A stretch of DNA of 64,000 bases from the NCBI GenBank assembly GCA_020627965.1, contig JAHDFX010000005.1:219-64218 (forward strand), in the 5' to 3' direction. A program made the position numbers and the translations under genes. Shown in pieces: positions 9,268 through 19,406 of this stretch. The stretch comes from Saprospiraceae bacterium (GTDB taxonomy: Bacteria; Bacteroidota; Bacteroidia; Chitinophagales; Saprospiraceae). Position 1 is the first letter of the stretch; every line of letters starts with the position of its first letter. The notes beneath the pieces are model-generated. The model ran no database searches. It saw only the letters and a list, made by a program, of their open reading frames with translations, and was not told where the DNA came from.

Positions 9268-9380
9268 CAGTGTACAATGTTTTTCTCTGCTGAGTTTCTT
9301 CTTGTATGAAGATGATGTTTCTTATAGGAGTTCAGTGTTCCTTTTTTAGCCTTTTAGGTTCACTGAACTCTTTGTTTTTT
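9264..9380 (+). ncRNA. candidate small RNA / micropeptide unit, copy 2
   Basis: About nine-tenths identical by eye to 8969..9084. Same terminator hairpin plus a T-run. Mini-ORF 9277..9309 encodes the same 10 aa with a TGA stop instead of TAA. Confidence 0.5.
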
Positions 9381-9386
9381 ATTCCT

Positions 9387-11297
9387 CTATTTAGCGACTA
9401 GCAAACGTTTACGCCCTATTATCCTCTCATTTTCCTGTAAAACAACATAATACACACCTGCTCTCAATCTTAGCTCCTTTGCAGATACTTCCACCTGATG
9501 GGTTCCAACTTCTTTATAACTATTTTCAATATTGGCAATTTGTCTGCCAAGTGCATCAAATAACCTTATATCAATATGAGCAGGATTTGGTAATTGATAA
9601 GTAATTCTGGTGCTATTAGAAAAAGGATTAGGCGCAACATCCCAGATAAAGTCATCTTTATTTGTCTCTGAAACAGCAACATTAATGTCTTCTATAATTT
9701 CAATTTGTTCATTAATAGGGACATCTGTAATTATTTGTGTGCCACAACCAGGCCAACGAATGATAAGTGAATCCACTTCCTGAATATCTGCTAGCCCAAA
9801 GTGTACAATGCTCGAATGTTGTGATGAGTGACTTGAACCTCCGTCAACTTCTCTCATAAACGTCCGCCCATCTGCCTTTAAGTATATCTGCGCCCCATAG
9901 GCATCTCTATTGGTTTCAACACCTTGCAATTTCACCTTAAGCCAATTGTGTTCATTGTCCGTGTCATTCCGATATAATATAACATGCTCATAATAATCTG
10001 GCTCAAAGAAAAAACGATTAATAATCACCACCATCATGTCTAAATCACCGTCATTGTCGTAATCGCATAAAGCCATTCCTCTCCCTACATGCGAATCATC
10101 TACCCCTAATGAATCCGCCAGATCGGTAAATGTACCGTCCTGATTGTTCACATACAATTTATTCGGGTCACCAATGGTCGTTGCAATAAAGTCTGCTGCG
10201 GGAACATAACCATTACACACATACAAATCAAGATAAGTATCATTATCATAGTCAAAGAAGGCATTTCCCCAACTAGTTACTAATAATGTATCTACTGAAG
10301 TATTTTCCACTCCTGCGGCAGTTGCCTCATCTGTAAACGTACCATCACCATTATTACGCAGTAAGGAATTTCTACCTAAATTAGAGATATAATAATCAAG
10401 ATCCAGGTCTTCATCATAATCTCCAATGGCAATCCCCATAGCATATATGCCTATATCCATGCCCGTACTAGCTGTAACATCTGTAAAACTATCGGAAGGA
10501 TAATCATTCTCTAATAAGACATTAGGCTCCACCCATTCACCAAAGTCATTGGCGACTAAAATATCAGGATCACAATCATTATCATAATCCGTCGCAGCAA
10601 CCGCTAAACCACATCCCGCCTTTAGTAAACCTTGCTGAACACTGACCTCTCTAAATGTATTGTTGCCATTATTCATATACAAAAAATCAGGATAGCAAAT
10701 ATGTGCAAAACCACTTAATTCATTGGTAATGCTATCTGAAATAAACCCAGTTTGCTCTACATAGTTGGTCGCATAAATATCCAGATAACCATCAAGATCA
10801 AAATCTCCAAAGGTGGCAGCAGCCGTCCATGCACTATCAATAATACCGGCTGATAATGAAATATCTGTAAACGTTCCGTCTCCATTATTGTAATATAATA
10901 AGCAATGTGCATTAATTTCATTAGAAAAATTAAAGCCCCTTGTACCTATAAAAACTTCCCGGTAGCCGTCATTATCAATATCTCCGGTAGCCACACAATG
11001 TGACATGACTTCAGCAGTGGCTCCAAAACCCGCATCTATGCCGATTTCAGAAAAAGTGCCATCTCCATTATTAGCGTAAAGGCGATCTCTGTCTTGTCCT
11101 CCCGTAATATACAGGTCTTCCAAACCATCATTATTGTAATCGAAAAAAGCTGCACCACCACCCATGAACTGCTCGTGGTCAACTAGAAAATCAATACCTG
11201 CATCATAACTAACGTCAGTGAATCCCTGCCCGGTTAGTTGTTGAGATAAAAAAATGGATAAAGTAATAAGTGAGTAGATTTTTTTCATGATTGTCAA
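9387..11297 (-). CDS. FG-GAP/VCBS-repeat, ASPIC/UnbV (CRTAC1-like) protein with T9SS C-terminal sorting domain
   Basis: Repeated DxDxDGxxD FG-GAP-type motifs; an UnbV_ASPIC-like RDAYGAQIYL..GGSSHSSQHS; a C-terminal NPFSNSTRITYQL...LLVAK CTD; and a signal peptide. Confidence 0.85.
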   Translation of the reverse strand: MTIMKKIYSLITLSIFLSQQLTGQGFTDVSYDAGIDFLVDHEQFMGGGAAFFDYNNDGLEDLYITGGQDRDRLYANNGDGTFSEIGIDAGFGATAEVMSHCVATGDIDNDGYREVFIGTRGFNFSNEINAHCLLYYNNGDGTFTDISLSAGIIDSAWTAAATFGDFDLDGYLDIYATNYVEQTGFISDSITNELSGFAHICYPDFLYMNNGNNTFREVSVQQGLLKAGCGLAVAATDYDNDCDPDILVANDFGEWVEPNVLLENDYPSDSFTDVTASTGMDIGIYAMGIAIGDYDEDLDLDYYISNLGRNSLLRNNGDGTFTDEATAAGVENTSVDTLLVTSWGNAFFDYDNDTYLDLYVCNGYVPAADFIATTIGDPNKLYVNNQDGTFTDLADSLGVDDSHVGRGMALCDYDNDGDLDMMVVIINRFFFEPDYYEHVILYRNDTDNEHNWLKVKLQGVETNRDAYGAQIYLKADGRTFMREVDGGSSHSSQHSSIVHFGLADIQEVDSLIIRWPGCGTQIITDVPINEQIEIIEDINVAVSETNKDDFIWDVAPNPFSNSTRITYQLPNPAHIDIRLFDALGRQIANIENSYKEVGTHQVEVSAKELRLRAGVYYVVLQENERIIGRKRLLVAK

Positions 11298-11446
11298 AAA
11301 GTAAGTTTAAAATATTTCAAAACGAAGTCTATTATCAAAGATAACTAATTCGAGTGTTAAACTATGTCTATCCTATAACAAGTTTATCAGCCCATCAGGT
11401 CGTTTTTTTCAATAAAAAATAGTTATTTTTGAAGAAATTTATTAGC

Positions 11447-12808
11447 ATGAAAAAGCTACTTATCACCGGATGTATTATCATAATTGTATTATTTCTTCAG
11501 AGTTGTAAAGAAGATGATACACCAGAGGAACCTATACTTAGTGAATTGGATTCAGCTCTTGTGGAAGCACTCAATAATGCCTCCAATGGAGCAGGAATAA
11601 ATTCCTATATACTTCCCGACAGTGACGATCTTGATAATATCCCTCAAGACCCCAACAATCCTCTGAATGAAGCTAAAGTTGCTTTGGGCAAATTACTCTT
11701 TCACGAGCCAGCAATGGCAATATATTCCCGCAAACCACAAGGTGCATATACCTATTCTTGCGCTACGTGTCATAATGCCGCCGCCGGATTTCAAGCCGGA
11801 CGTGAACAGGGACTCGGTGAAGGCGGGCTTGGTTTTGGTATAAAAGGAGAAGGGCGAACGCTTGACCCTTCTTACTCGACCGCCTTTTTGGATGTTCAAC
11901 CCATAAAAAGCCCAAGTATCATTAATGTAGCTTTTCAAAAAAACATGCTTTATAATGGACAATTTGGTGCTACAGGTGTTAATCTGGGTACAGAGACTTT
12001 CTGGACCTTAAACACCCCAAAGCAAGCTAATTTGTTGGGGTATGAAGGTATTGAATCACAGGCTATAGGTGGTCAAATTGAACATTTACAGGGCTTGGAT
12101 ATGGATTTCTTCAGCAGTAATCTAACTTATCAAAATTTATTTGAAACTGCTTTTCCTGATTGGTCAGAAAATCAAGCGATGAATGATACCACAGCCGGAC
12201 TTGCCATAGCGGCCTGGGAACGAACCGTTTTCTCTCAAAAAGCAACTTTTCAGCAATGGTTGAAAGGTGATTATGAAGCAATGAATGAACAAGAAAAACG
12301 AGGTGCAATTCTGTTCTTTGGTAAAGCAGGTTGTTATGACTGTCATAATGGCCCCGCCCTTAATTCAATGGCTTTTTATGCCCTTGGTATGGAAGATTTA
12401 CGTGGGCCAGGTATATACGGACATGAACCTGGCAATGGCCCCACCAATCGAGGCAGAGGTGGATTCCTTAGTAATGCTGCTGAAGATTATAAATTTAAAG
12501 TTCCCCAATTATATAATTTGAAAGACTCTCCATTTTATGGTCACGGTTCTACTTTTAGTAGTGTTTATGATGTAATTGCTTATAAAAATGCCGCTATTCC
12601 TGAAAAAACCAGTGTACCAGTTACCCAGTTGGCAGAGCAGTTTGTTCCACTGAATCTTACAGAGGAAGAGATTCAAGATATTACTACTTTCATAGAGGAT
12701 GCTTTGCATGACCCTGATTTAATCCGCTATGTTCCTCAATCGCTTCCATCTGAATATTGTTTCCCCAATAATGACGCCCAGTCAAGAATAGATTTGGGCT
12801 GCGAATAA
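11447..12808 (+). CDS. di-haem cytochrome c peroxidase (CCP/MauG family) lipoprotein
   Basis: Two CxxCH motifs (CATCH, CYDCH) and the lipobox LFLQSC. The ATG at 11447 is preferred over the TTG at 11429. Confidence 0.85.
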   Translation: MKKLLITGCIIIIVLFLQSCKEDDTPEEPILSELDSALVEALNNASNGAGINSYILPDSDDLDNIPQDPNNPLNEAKVALGKLLFHEPAMAIYSRKPQGAYTYSCATCHNAAAGFQAGREQGLGEGGLGFGIKGEGRTLDPSYSTAFLDVQPIKSPSIINVAFQKNMLYNGQFGATGVNLGTETFWTLNTPKQANLLGYEGIESQAIGGQIEHLQGLDMDFFSSNLTYQNLFETAFPDWSENQAMNDTTAGLAIAAWERTVFSQKATFQQWLKGDYEAMNEQEKRGAILFFGKAGCYDCHNGPALNSMAFYALGMEDLRGPGIYGHEPGNGPTNRGRGGFLSNAAEDYKFKVPQLYNLKDSPFYGHGSTFSSVYDVIAYKNAAIPEKTSVPVTQLAEQFVPLNLTEEEIQDITTFIEDALHDPDLIRYVPQSLPSEYCFPNNDAQSRIDLGCE

Positions 12809-12816
12809 AACTTACT

Positions 12817-13164
12817 ATGTACTATTACATCATTAAGATCAGCTTATCTGCTGCTTTGATCATGCTTATATCAGAAATTGCTAAACGAAGTAGTTTTTGG
12901 GGAGCTGTACTCGCTTCACTTCCTTTTATTTCTATCATTGCTTTTATTTTCTTGTATGAGGAAACTAAAGATACTCAGGAAGTCAGTAAGCTTTCAACTG
13001 ATATATTCTGGTTAGTTATTCCTTCTTTGGCATTATTTATTGCTTTACCCTTATTGCTAAAACGTGGGTTTAATTTTTATCTGTCATTGGGTATCGCCTG
13101 CCTCATTACTATAGCTTCTTATTATCTGATGACGATTACATTGAAGAAATTCGGCATATTGTAA
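12817..13164 (+). CDS. small multi-pass membrane protein (DUF3147-like)
   Basis: 115 aa with four hydrophobic segments. The DUF3147 assignment is from memory of that family. Confidence 0.6.
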   Translation: MYYYIIKISLSAALIMLISEIAKRSSFWGAVLASLPFISIIAFIFLYEETKDTQEVSKLSTDIFWLVIPSLALFIALPLLLKRGFNFYLSLGIACLITIASYYLMTITLKKFGIL

Positions 13165-13253
13165 AATATACTTTTGTTTTCATTAACTTTGCTCAACTTC
13201 ATCATTGGTCACATTGGTGGTTAAAAAAACCGTTCTATAACAAATACTTCTCC

Positions 13254-15413
13254 ATGAAAAAAATACTATTTTTTCTAAGTATCAGCCTGATAACTATTCA
13301 GGTATTTGCACAAAAGAAACTTATCAGCAATCAGGATATTTGGTATAGTCCCACATTTCGGGCTAATTATGTACCAGGTTTCAATTTCCTACAAGATGGG
13401 CAGCATTATTCCCGAACAGAGAAGGGCAATATTATTAAATATGATATCACAACAGGTGAAAAAGCAGGGGTAATCTTCGAAGGCAAAAACATGAAAGATG
13501 CCGGTGATTTTAGTAACTATACCTTTAGTGATGATGAACGTAAGATTGTTCTTACAACAGACTCCGAACAGATATATCGCTATTCCAGTTTAGCTAATTA
13601 TTATGTCTGGGATAGAGATAGAGCCACACTCACTCCTGTCTCTGATGTAGATAAACAACGCAATGCCACCTTGTCACCAGACGGAACTAAAATCGCTTAT
13701 GTCCAAAACAACAACCTCTATTACAAAGACTTATCTAGCAAAAAAACAACACAAATTACCACAGATGGTAAAATGAATGAAATCATTAACGGTGTTACAG
13801 ATTGGGTGTACGAAGAGGAATTTGGAATTGTAAAGGTTTTTGAATGGTCTCCCGATGGCAGCAAAATTGCTTTCTTACGTTCAGATGAAAGTAAAGTTAA
13901 AGAATTCACAATGCCAATGTATAAAGGCGAGTTATACCCAGAATATGTAACATTCAAATACCCTAAAGCAGGAGAAGATAATGCAATCGTTACGCTTCAT
14001 ATGTATGATCTAAAAAAGAATAAAACCAAGAAAATCAGCTTAAATGATAAGCCAGACATGTATATTCCTCGTATGAAATGGACAAAAGATGCCCAGCAAC
14101 TTTGTGTATTTCAAATGAATCGCCATCAAAATGAGTTGGATCTTTTTCTGGTCAATGCCAAAAGAGGTAAAGCAAAATTGTTACTCAATGAAAAAAATAA
14201 GTATTATATAGATATTCATGATAACCTCACTTTTCTTGAAGATGGTAAACGCTTCGTGTGGACTAGTGAAAAGGATGGCTATAATCACATCTACCTGTAT
14301 AACCTGAAAGGTAAATTAGAAAAGCAAATCACAAAAGGCAAGTTTGATATAACTAATTTTTATGGTATAGATGAAGAAAACGGACTCCTTTACTATCAGG
14401 CTGCAGAAGATTCTCCATTGGACAGAGAAATATATGTTATCAATCTAAAAGGCAAAAACAAACGTAAGCTATCTCCAGAAAAAGGTAGCAATAGTGCCCA
14501 ATTCAGTAAAACTTTCGACTATTTTGTCAACACCCATACTGCTGCCAACATCCCCGGGACATATACTGTTCATAATTCTGATGGAAAATTAGTCAGAACA
14601 ATAGAAGACAATACACCTTTAAAAGAAACTCTCACTGAATATGCCATCAGTATGCCTGAGTTTTTTGAACTCAAAACCAGTGATAATGTAAAACTCAATG
14701 GCTGGATGATCAAACCTACAGATTTTGATACATCAAAAAAATATCCGGTTTTGATGTATGTATATGGTGGACCTGGTAGTCAGACGGTAAAAAATAGCTG
14801 GGGCGGTGGCAATTATTTGTGGTATCAGTCTTTAGCTCAACAAGGCTACATCATTGTATCTGTAGATAATCGTGGTACAGGAGCCAGAGGTGAAGAATTT
14901 AAGAAAATGACATATCAGCAATTGGGCAAATATGAAACTATTGACCAGATAGAAGCTGCAAAATGGCTGGCTAAAAAACCTTATATAGACGAAGATCGTA
15001 TTGGTATCTGGGGCTGGAGTTATGGTGGCTATATGTCTTCTTTATGCTTATTCAAAGGTAATGACGTATTTAAAACAGCTATTGCTGTCGCACCAGTAAC
15101 CAATTGGAAATGGTATGATACGATTTATACAGAACGCTTTATGCGAACTCCACAGGAAAATCGCAATGGCTATGAAGATAATTCCCCTATTAATCATGTT
15201 GAAAAAATGAAAGGCACTTATCTTCTGGTACATGGTACAGCCGACGATAATGTTCATGCCCAAAATTCCTATGAAATGGTTAATGCATTAATTGGAGCTA
15301 ACAAACAATTTGATTCCTATTTCTACCCAAACAGAAATCATGGTATATATGGTGGTATTACACGCCTTCACTTATTTGATAAAATGACAGATTTTATCCT
15401 CAAAAACTTGTAA
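13254..15413 (+). CDS. dipeptidyl-peptidase IV (S9B prolyl oligopeptidase family)
   Basis: DPPIV N-terminal beta-propeller region; catalytic GWSYGGY Ser, GTADDNV Asp and NHGI His; a signal peptide. Confidence 0.9.
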   Translation: MKKILFFLSISLITIQVFAQKKLISNQDIWYSPTFRANYVPGFNFLQDGQHYSRTEKGNIIKYDITTGEKAGVIFEGKNMKDAGDFSNYTFSDDERKIVLTTDSEQIYRYSSLANYYVWDRDRATLTPVSDVDKQRNATLSPDGTKIAYVQNNNLYYKDLSSKKTTQITTDGKMNEIINGVTDWVYEEEFGIVKVFEWSPDGSKIAFLRSDESKVKEFTMPMYKGELYPEYVTFKYPKAGEDNAIVTLHMYDLKKNKTKKISLNDKPDMYIPRMKWTKDAQQLCVFQMNRHQNELDLFLVNAKRGKAKLLLNEKNKYYIDIHDNLTFLEDGKRFVWTSEKDGYNHIYLYNLKGKLEKQITKGKFDITNFYGIDEENGLLYYQAAEDSPLDREIYVINLKGKNKRKLSPEKGSNSAQFSKTFDYFVNTHTAANIPGTYTVHNSDGKLVRTIEDNTPLKETLTEYAISMPEFFELKTSDNVKLNGWMIKPTDFDTSKKYPVLMYVYGGPGSQTVKNSWGGGNYLWYQSLAQQGYIIVSVDNRGTGARGEEFKKMTYQQLGKYETIDQIEAAKWLAKKPYIDEDRIGIWGWSYGGYMSSLCLFKGNDVFKTAIAVAPVTNWKWYDTIYTERFMRTPQENRNGYEDNSPINHVEKMKGTYLLVHGTADDNVHAQNSYEMVNALIGANKQFDSYFYPNRNHGIYGGITRLHLFDKMTDFILKNL

Positions 15414-15419
15414 TTTAAT

Positions 15420-16274
15420 ATGGCAGACATCAAATTATTAAAAGATACGGCAACTCAGGTTCGCCGAGACATCATCCGCATGGTGCACCAAGCCACCTGC
15501 GGACACCCAGGAGCTTCTCTAGGTTGTGCAGACTTTTTTACGGCACTCTATTTTGAAGTTATGGAACATGATAAAAGTTTCAATATGAAGGGAAAAAATG
15601 AGGATGTATTTTTCCTTTCCAATGGACATATTTCCCCAGTTTGGTATAGTGTATTAGCTCGTAGTGGCTATTTTCCTATAGAAGAATTAGCTACTTTCCG
15701 TAAACTTAACTCTCGGTTACAAGGACACCCAGCCACACATGAAAAATTACCAGGAATAAGAATAGCCTCCGGTTCTCTAGGACAAGGAGTCTCTGTAGCA
15801 ATAGGCGCAGCATTGGCAAAACGTCTTGACAATGATAATAAATTAGTTTATTGCCTTACAGGAGACGGAGAACTTCAAGAAGGACAAATATGGGAAGCCC
15901 TAATGTTTGCAGCACATCATAAAGTCGACAATCTCATAGTTACAGTTGATTGGAATGGTCGCCAAATTGATGGTGATAACGATGATGTAATGAGTCTTGG
16001 GGATTTACCTGGCAAATGGTCTACATTCGGATGGGAAGTTTTGCATATGGATGGCAACAGTATGGAAGAAGTTCTTAAAGTACTCAGCCTAGCTAAGACA
16101 AAAACAGGACAAGGCAAACCTATTGTAATATTAATGAAAACAGAAATGGGATTTGGCGTTGACTATATGATGGGCACACATGCCTGGCACGGAAAAGCTC
16201 CCAATGATGAGCAAACAGCAGTTGCACTGACCCAATTACAAGAAACACTTGGTGATTACCCTGTTAACAACTAA
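15420..16274 (+). CDS. transketolase, N-terminal (TPP-binding) subunit
   Basis: GHPGASLG, GDGELQEG and SLGQG motifs. This is the split two-gene transketolase arrangement. Confidence 0.9.
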   Translation: MADIKLLKDTATQVRRDIIRMVHQATCGHPGASLGCADFFTALYFEVMEHDKSFNMKGKNEDVFFLSNGHISPVWYSVLARSGYFPIEELATFRKLNSRLQGHPATHEKLPGIRIASGSLGQGVSVAIGAALAKRLDNDNKLVYCLTGDGELQEGQIWEALMFAAHHKVDNLIVTVDWNGRQIDGDNDDVMSLGDLPGKWSTFGWEVLHMDGNSMEEVLKVLSLAKTKTGQGKPIVILMKTEMGFGVDYMMGTHAWHGKAPNDEQTAVALTQLQETLGDYPVNN

Positions 16275-16283
16275 TTAAAGTTT

Positions 16284-17237
16284 ATGATTAATATAGAAAG
16301 CTACGGAAAAAAAGCCACCCGAAATGGTTTTGGAGATGGTTTACATGAAATAGGAAAGTCGAATCCAGATATAGTAGCCCTATGTGCCGATTTAGTCGGC
16401 TCCTTAAAAATGCAGTCTTTTATCAATGATTTTCCAGAAAGATTTTATCAGGTTGGAGTTGCAGAGGCTAATATGATGGGAATAGCAGCAGGGCTAGCAA
16501 CTAGTGGAAAAATACCTTATACGGGCACGTTTGCCAATTTTTCAACAGGACGCGTATATGACCAAATTCGTCAATCAATAGCCTATTCACACAAAAATGT
16601 TAAGATATGTGCTTCCCATGCTGGCATATCACTAGGAGAAGATGGTGCAACCCACCAGATCATGGAAGACATAGGTTTGATGAAAATGCTTCCAGGTATG
16701 GTTGTCATTAATCCATGTGATTATCTACAGACAAAACGGGCTACCATGGCTATAGCTGAATATTATGGGCCAGTATATTTGAGGTTTGGACGCCCAGGTT
16801 GGCCTATGTTTACAACAGAAGACCATGAGTTTAAAATAGGAAAAGCACTTCAACTTAGTGAAGGAACAGATGTAAGTATTTTTGCAACAGGTCACCTAGT
16901 ATGGCCTGCTATCGAAGCTGGCAAAAAACTAGCCCAAATGGGAATCAGTGTAGAATTAATCAACATCCACACTATAAAGCCCCTTGATGAAGACGCCATT
17001 CTAGACTCTGTCAGTAAAACAAGCTGTGTAGTAGTTGCAGAAGAGCATCAATTATTAGGTGGTTTAGGAGGCAGTATTGCTCAGCTTCTAGCGGAAAAAC
17101 TACCCAGCCCCATAGAGTTTGTAGCAGCGAGAGACACTTTTGGAGAAAGTGGAACAACAAACGAATTAATGAAGAAATATAGATTAACTGATGACAATGT
17201 TATAGAAGCTGTCAAGAAAATACTTAAAAGAAAATAA
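16284..17237 (+). CDS. transketolase, C-terminal (pyrimidine-binding) subunit
   Basis: GVAEANMMGIAAGLA and EDGATHQ motifs. It follows the N-terminal subunit after 9 nt. Confidence 0.9.
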   Translation: MINIESYGKKATRNGFGDGLHEIGKSNPDIVALCADLVGSLKMQSFINDFPERFYQVGVAEANMMGIAAGLATSGKIPYTGTFANFSTGRVYDQIRQSIAYSHKNVKICASHAGISLGEDGATHQIMEDIGLMKMLPGMVVINPCDYLQTKRATMAIAEYYGPVYLRFGRPGWPMFTTEDHEFKIGKALQLSEGTDVSIFATGHLVWPAIEAGKKLAQMGISVELINIHTIKPLDEDAILDSVSKTSCVVVAEEHQLLGGLGGSIAQLLAEKLPSPIEFVAARDTFGESGTTNELMKKYRLTDDNVIEAVKKILKRK

Positions 17238-17267
17238 TTCTTGCATAATTCGTATTTGCTTCAAAAT

Positions 17268-17302
17268 AAAAAAGGCAATCTGAAATTCAGATTGCCTTTT
17301 TT
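17268..17302. terminator. bidirectional intrinsic terminator
   Basis: A-run, then the 9-bp stem GGCAATCTG/CAGATTGCC (17274..17282 / 17288..17296), then T6. It lies between convergent genes. Confidence 0.8.
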
Positions 17303-17321
17303 ATTCGGTATATTTTTAATC

Positions 17322-19256
17322 TTAGTATCCAGCACCTGGATTACCAGAATAAATTGTACTACCTCTAGAAGAACCAGGAGTGTCTTTTCCAACAGTATCC
17401 CAGTTTCCACTGTACGCAGGACGTCCCATTTCAGCTTCGCCTCTAGCAACTCTAAATTCTACACGACGATTCATGTATTGAGCTTGCTCTTTTTGACGAC
17501 TAGTTCCAACATGGTCATCTCTTAAGCCTGCAACGATTGGATTAGCTTCACCGCTATACTGAAGAACCATTCTACTTCTGTCAATACCATAGTTATTAAC
17601 TAAGTAGCTGATAGCTTTCTCAGCACGCTTGTAAGATAAAACATCATTATAAGGATTTGGCTTACGTGCATCTGTGTGACCAGTAACAACTACTTGTAGA
17701 CCTGGACAACGCAACATTGTATTCGCAACATGGTGCAGTTGTGGATAAAATTCAGGCTTCAAGTAATATTTGTCTAAATCATAGTGTACCATTGGTAAGA
17801 ACCACTCATTAGAACATATCTCTGGTGCAGGTGGCATAATGATTTCCTCTTTCCATCCTAATCTATCACCGATAGCAATAACATCAGCTTCAGTTAAACC
17901 TTCATCAGGAATTTGAGCAACTCCATCAGGATCTACTGGATAACCAGGAGGAGAATAAGGCTCCTTATCTTGACAATCAGGTACACCATCGCTGTCACTA
18001 TCAAGAGTAACACCGCGAGTATCTACAGGACAATCAGCAGGAGTGTTTGGTTCTCTATCCAATTTGTTAGGTACACCATCTCCGTCATCATCATCTAATT
18101 TATCACCTTCTTGCTTTTGAGTATTCACAGCAATCTGCTGATAAGGTGCATCAAGAGGATTCAACCACCATAATGGCTCAACTCTCTTCTTGAAGCTTCC
18201 TAAATGGAAGTTTAGACGTAAGTTTGTGTAGTGAGGAACATCTACATCACGAGTGAAATCTACATCAGAATTAGGAGTAGTACCTGAATCATGCCAACGA
18301 TAACCATCTAGAAGATCATCATCAGTAAAAGTAGACTGATGCTCAACAGATAAAGTAATACGCTTGCTTAAGCGATAGCCTACACCTACACCTACGTTTG
18401 CGATGGCTTTTCCTACTCTAGTTGCCTTATCTCCTAAATCTGTAGTTCCTGGGAAATTCCACAAATTACCCCAAACCTCACCAGGAGTTTCGAAGTCACC
18501 GTCTAGAATATCATCTTTAAGAATTTGACGAATTTCCTTTCTTCCTTCACGAGTATCTCTATCCAAATCTCCACCTGGATTAATTCTCACTCGAAGATTA
18601 TTGAATTCATCTTCATAGACACTGCCTCCATTCAAAGCATCATAATTTACACTATATAAATTACCTCCAATTCCACCAATCAGGAATAAATCCCATTTAT
18701 TTCTTTCTTTGTGAAATTTAAGATTATTAAGTGTAACAATACCCTGAACTGCTGCCTCAATGTACTTATTTTCATAATTAGCAAACCAAGGAATACCAGA
18801 ACCAACTCTACGAACTTCATTAGTACCTGCATCAGGAGCAAATACAATGAAAGAGCCATAGCCACGATCACCTACAGAACGAAGTTCACGGTTAGCGTAA
18901 GCACCTGACATATTAGGTTGGAAGTTAAGTCCTTTAGTAATACCATAATGTCCCGTCAATCTAACAGAGAATAAATATCCCATAGATTTACGTACAGAGG
19001 CTCCGAAAGCATAACCAGGTAGTCCTGGCCATGGATTAACGTCACCTGTAATCATAAACATACCTCCGTGAATACCAAGTTCCCACATGTCTCTTGGCTT
19101 TGAAGGATATTTTGTTTTACCAGCCTTCCATTCTTTATGTTGGCCATCTGGATCTTTTACAACCTCATCGTCATAGATGTTAGGTTGGGCAAAGGCCATC
19201 GTCCCGAAAAGGAATGTGAGGGCCAATGCAGATAAAAAGTTGAGTCTCCTTGTCAT
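17322..19256 (-). CDS. OmpA-family outer membrane protein with thrombospondin type-3-like Ca-binding repeats
   Basis: DDDDGDGVPNKLD and DSDSDGVPDCQD repeats; a C-terminal OmpA domain (NRRVEFRV); a signal peptide. Confidence 0.9.
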   Translation of the reverse strand: MTRRLNFLSALALTFLFGTMAFAQPNIYDDEVVKDPDGQHKEWKAGKTKYPSKPRDMWELGIHGGMFMITGDVNPWPGLPGYAFGASVRKSMGYLFSVRLTGHYGITKGLNFQPNMSGAYANRELRSVGDRGYGSFIVFAPDAGTNEVRRVGSGIPWFANYENKYIEAAVQGIVTLNNLKFHKERNKWDLFLIGGIGGNLYSVNYDALNGGSVYEDEFNNLRVRINPGGDLDRDTREGRKEIRQILKDDILDGDFETPGEVWGNLWNFPGTTDLGDKATRVGKAIANVGVGVGYRLSKRITLSVEHQSTFTDDDLLDGYRWHDSGTTPNSDVDFTRDVDVPHYTNLRLNFHLGSFKKRVEPLWWLNPLDAPYQQIAVNTQKQEGDKLDDDDGDGVPNKLDREPNTPADCPVDTRGVTLDSDSDGVPDCQDKEPYSPPGYPVDPDGVAQIPDEGLTEADVIAIGDRLGWKEEIIMPPAPEICSNEWFLPMVHYDLDKYYLKPEFYPQLHHVANTMLRCPGLQVVVTGHTDARKPNPYNDVLSYKRAEKAISYLVNNYGIDRSRMVLQYSGEANPIVAGLRDDHVGTSRQKEQAQYMNRRVEFRVARGEAEMGRPAYSGNWDTVGKDTPGSSRGSTIYSGNPGAGY

Positions 19257-19406
19257 AGGGTTGTCTTTTTTAGTTAATTAAAAAAAATTGTTATAAATAT
19301 TTTGAGTACTTAATAATAAGACCTTACTAACTACAAAAGTAGTTTTTTTTTCTGTTGAAGCAAACGATTTTAGACTTTTTTTGCAGTATTCTCTGATTTA
19401 TTATCT

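Noticed and set aside
17241-17525. 94-aa and 62-aa ORFs spanning the transketolase/OmpA intergenic terminator.
   Set aside because: They cross a bidirectional terminator hairpin and lie antisense to or overlapping the OmpA-family gene 3' end.
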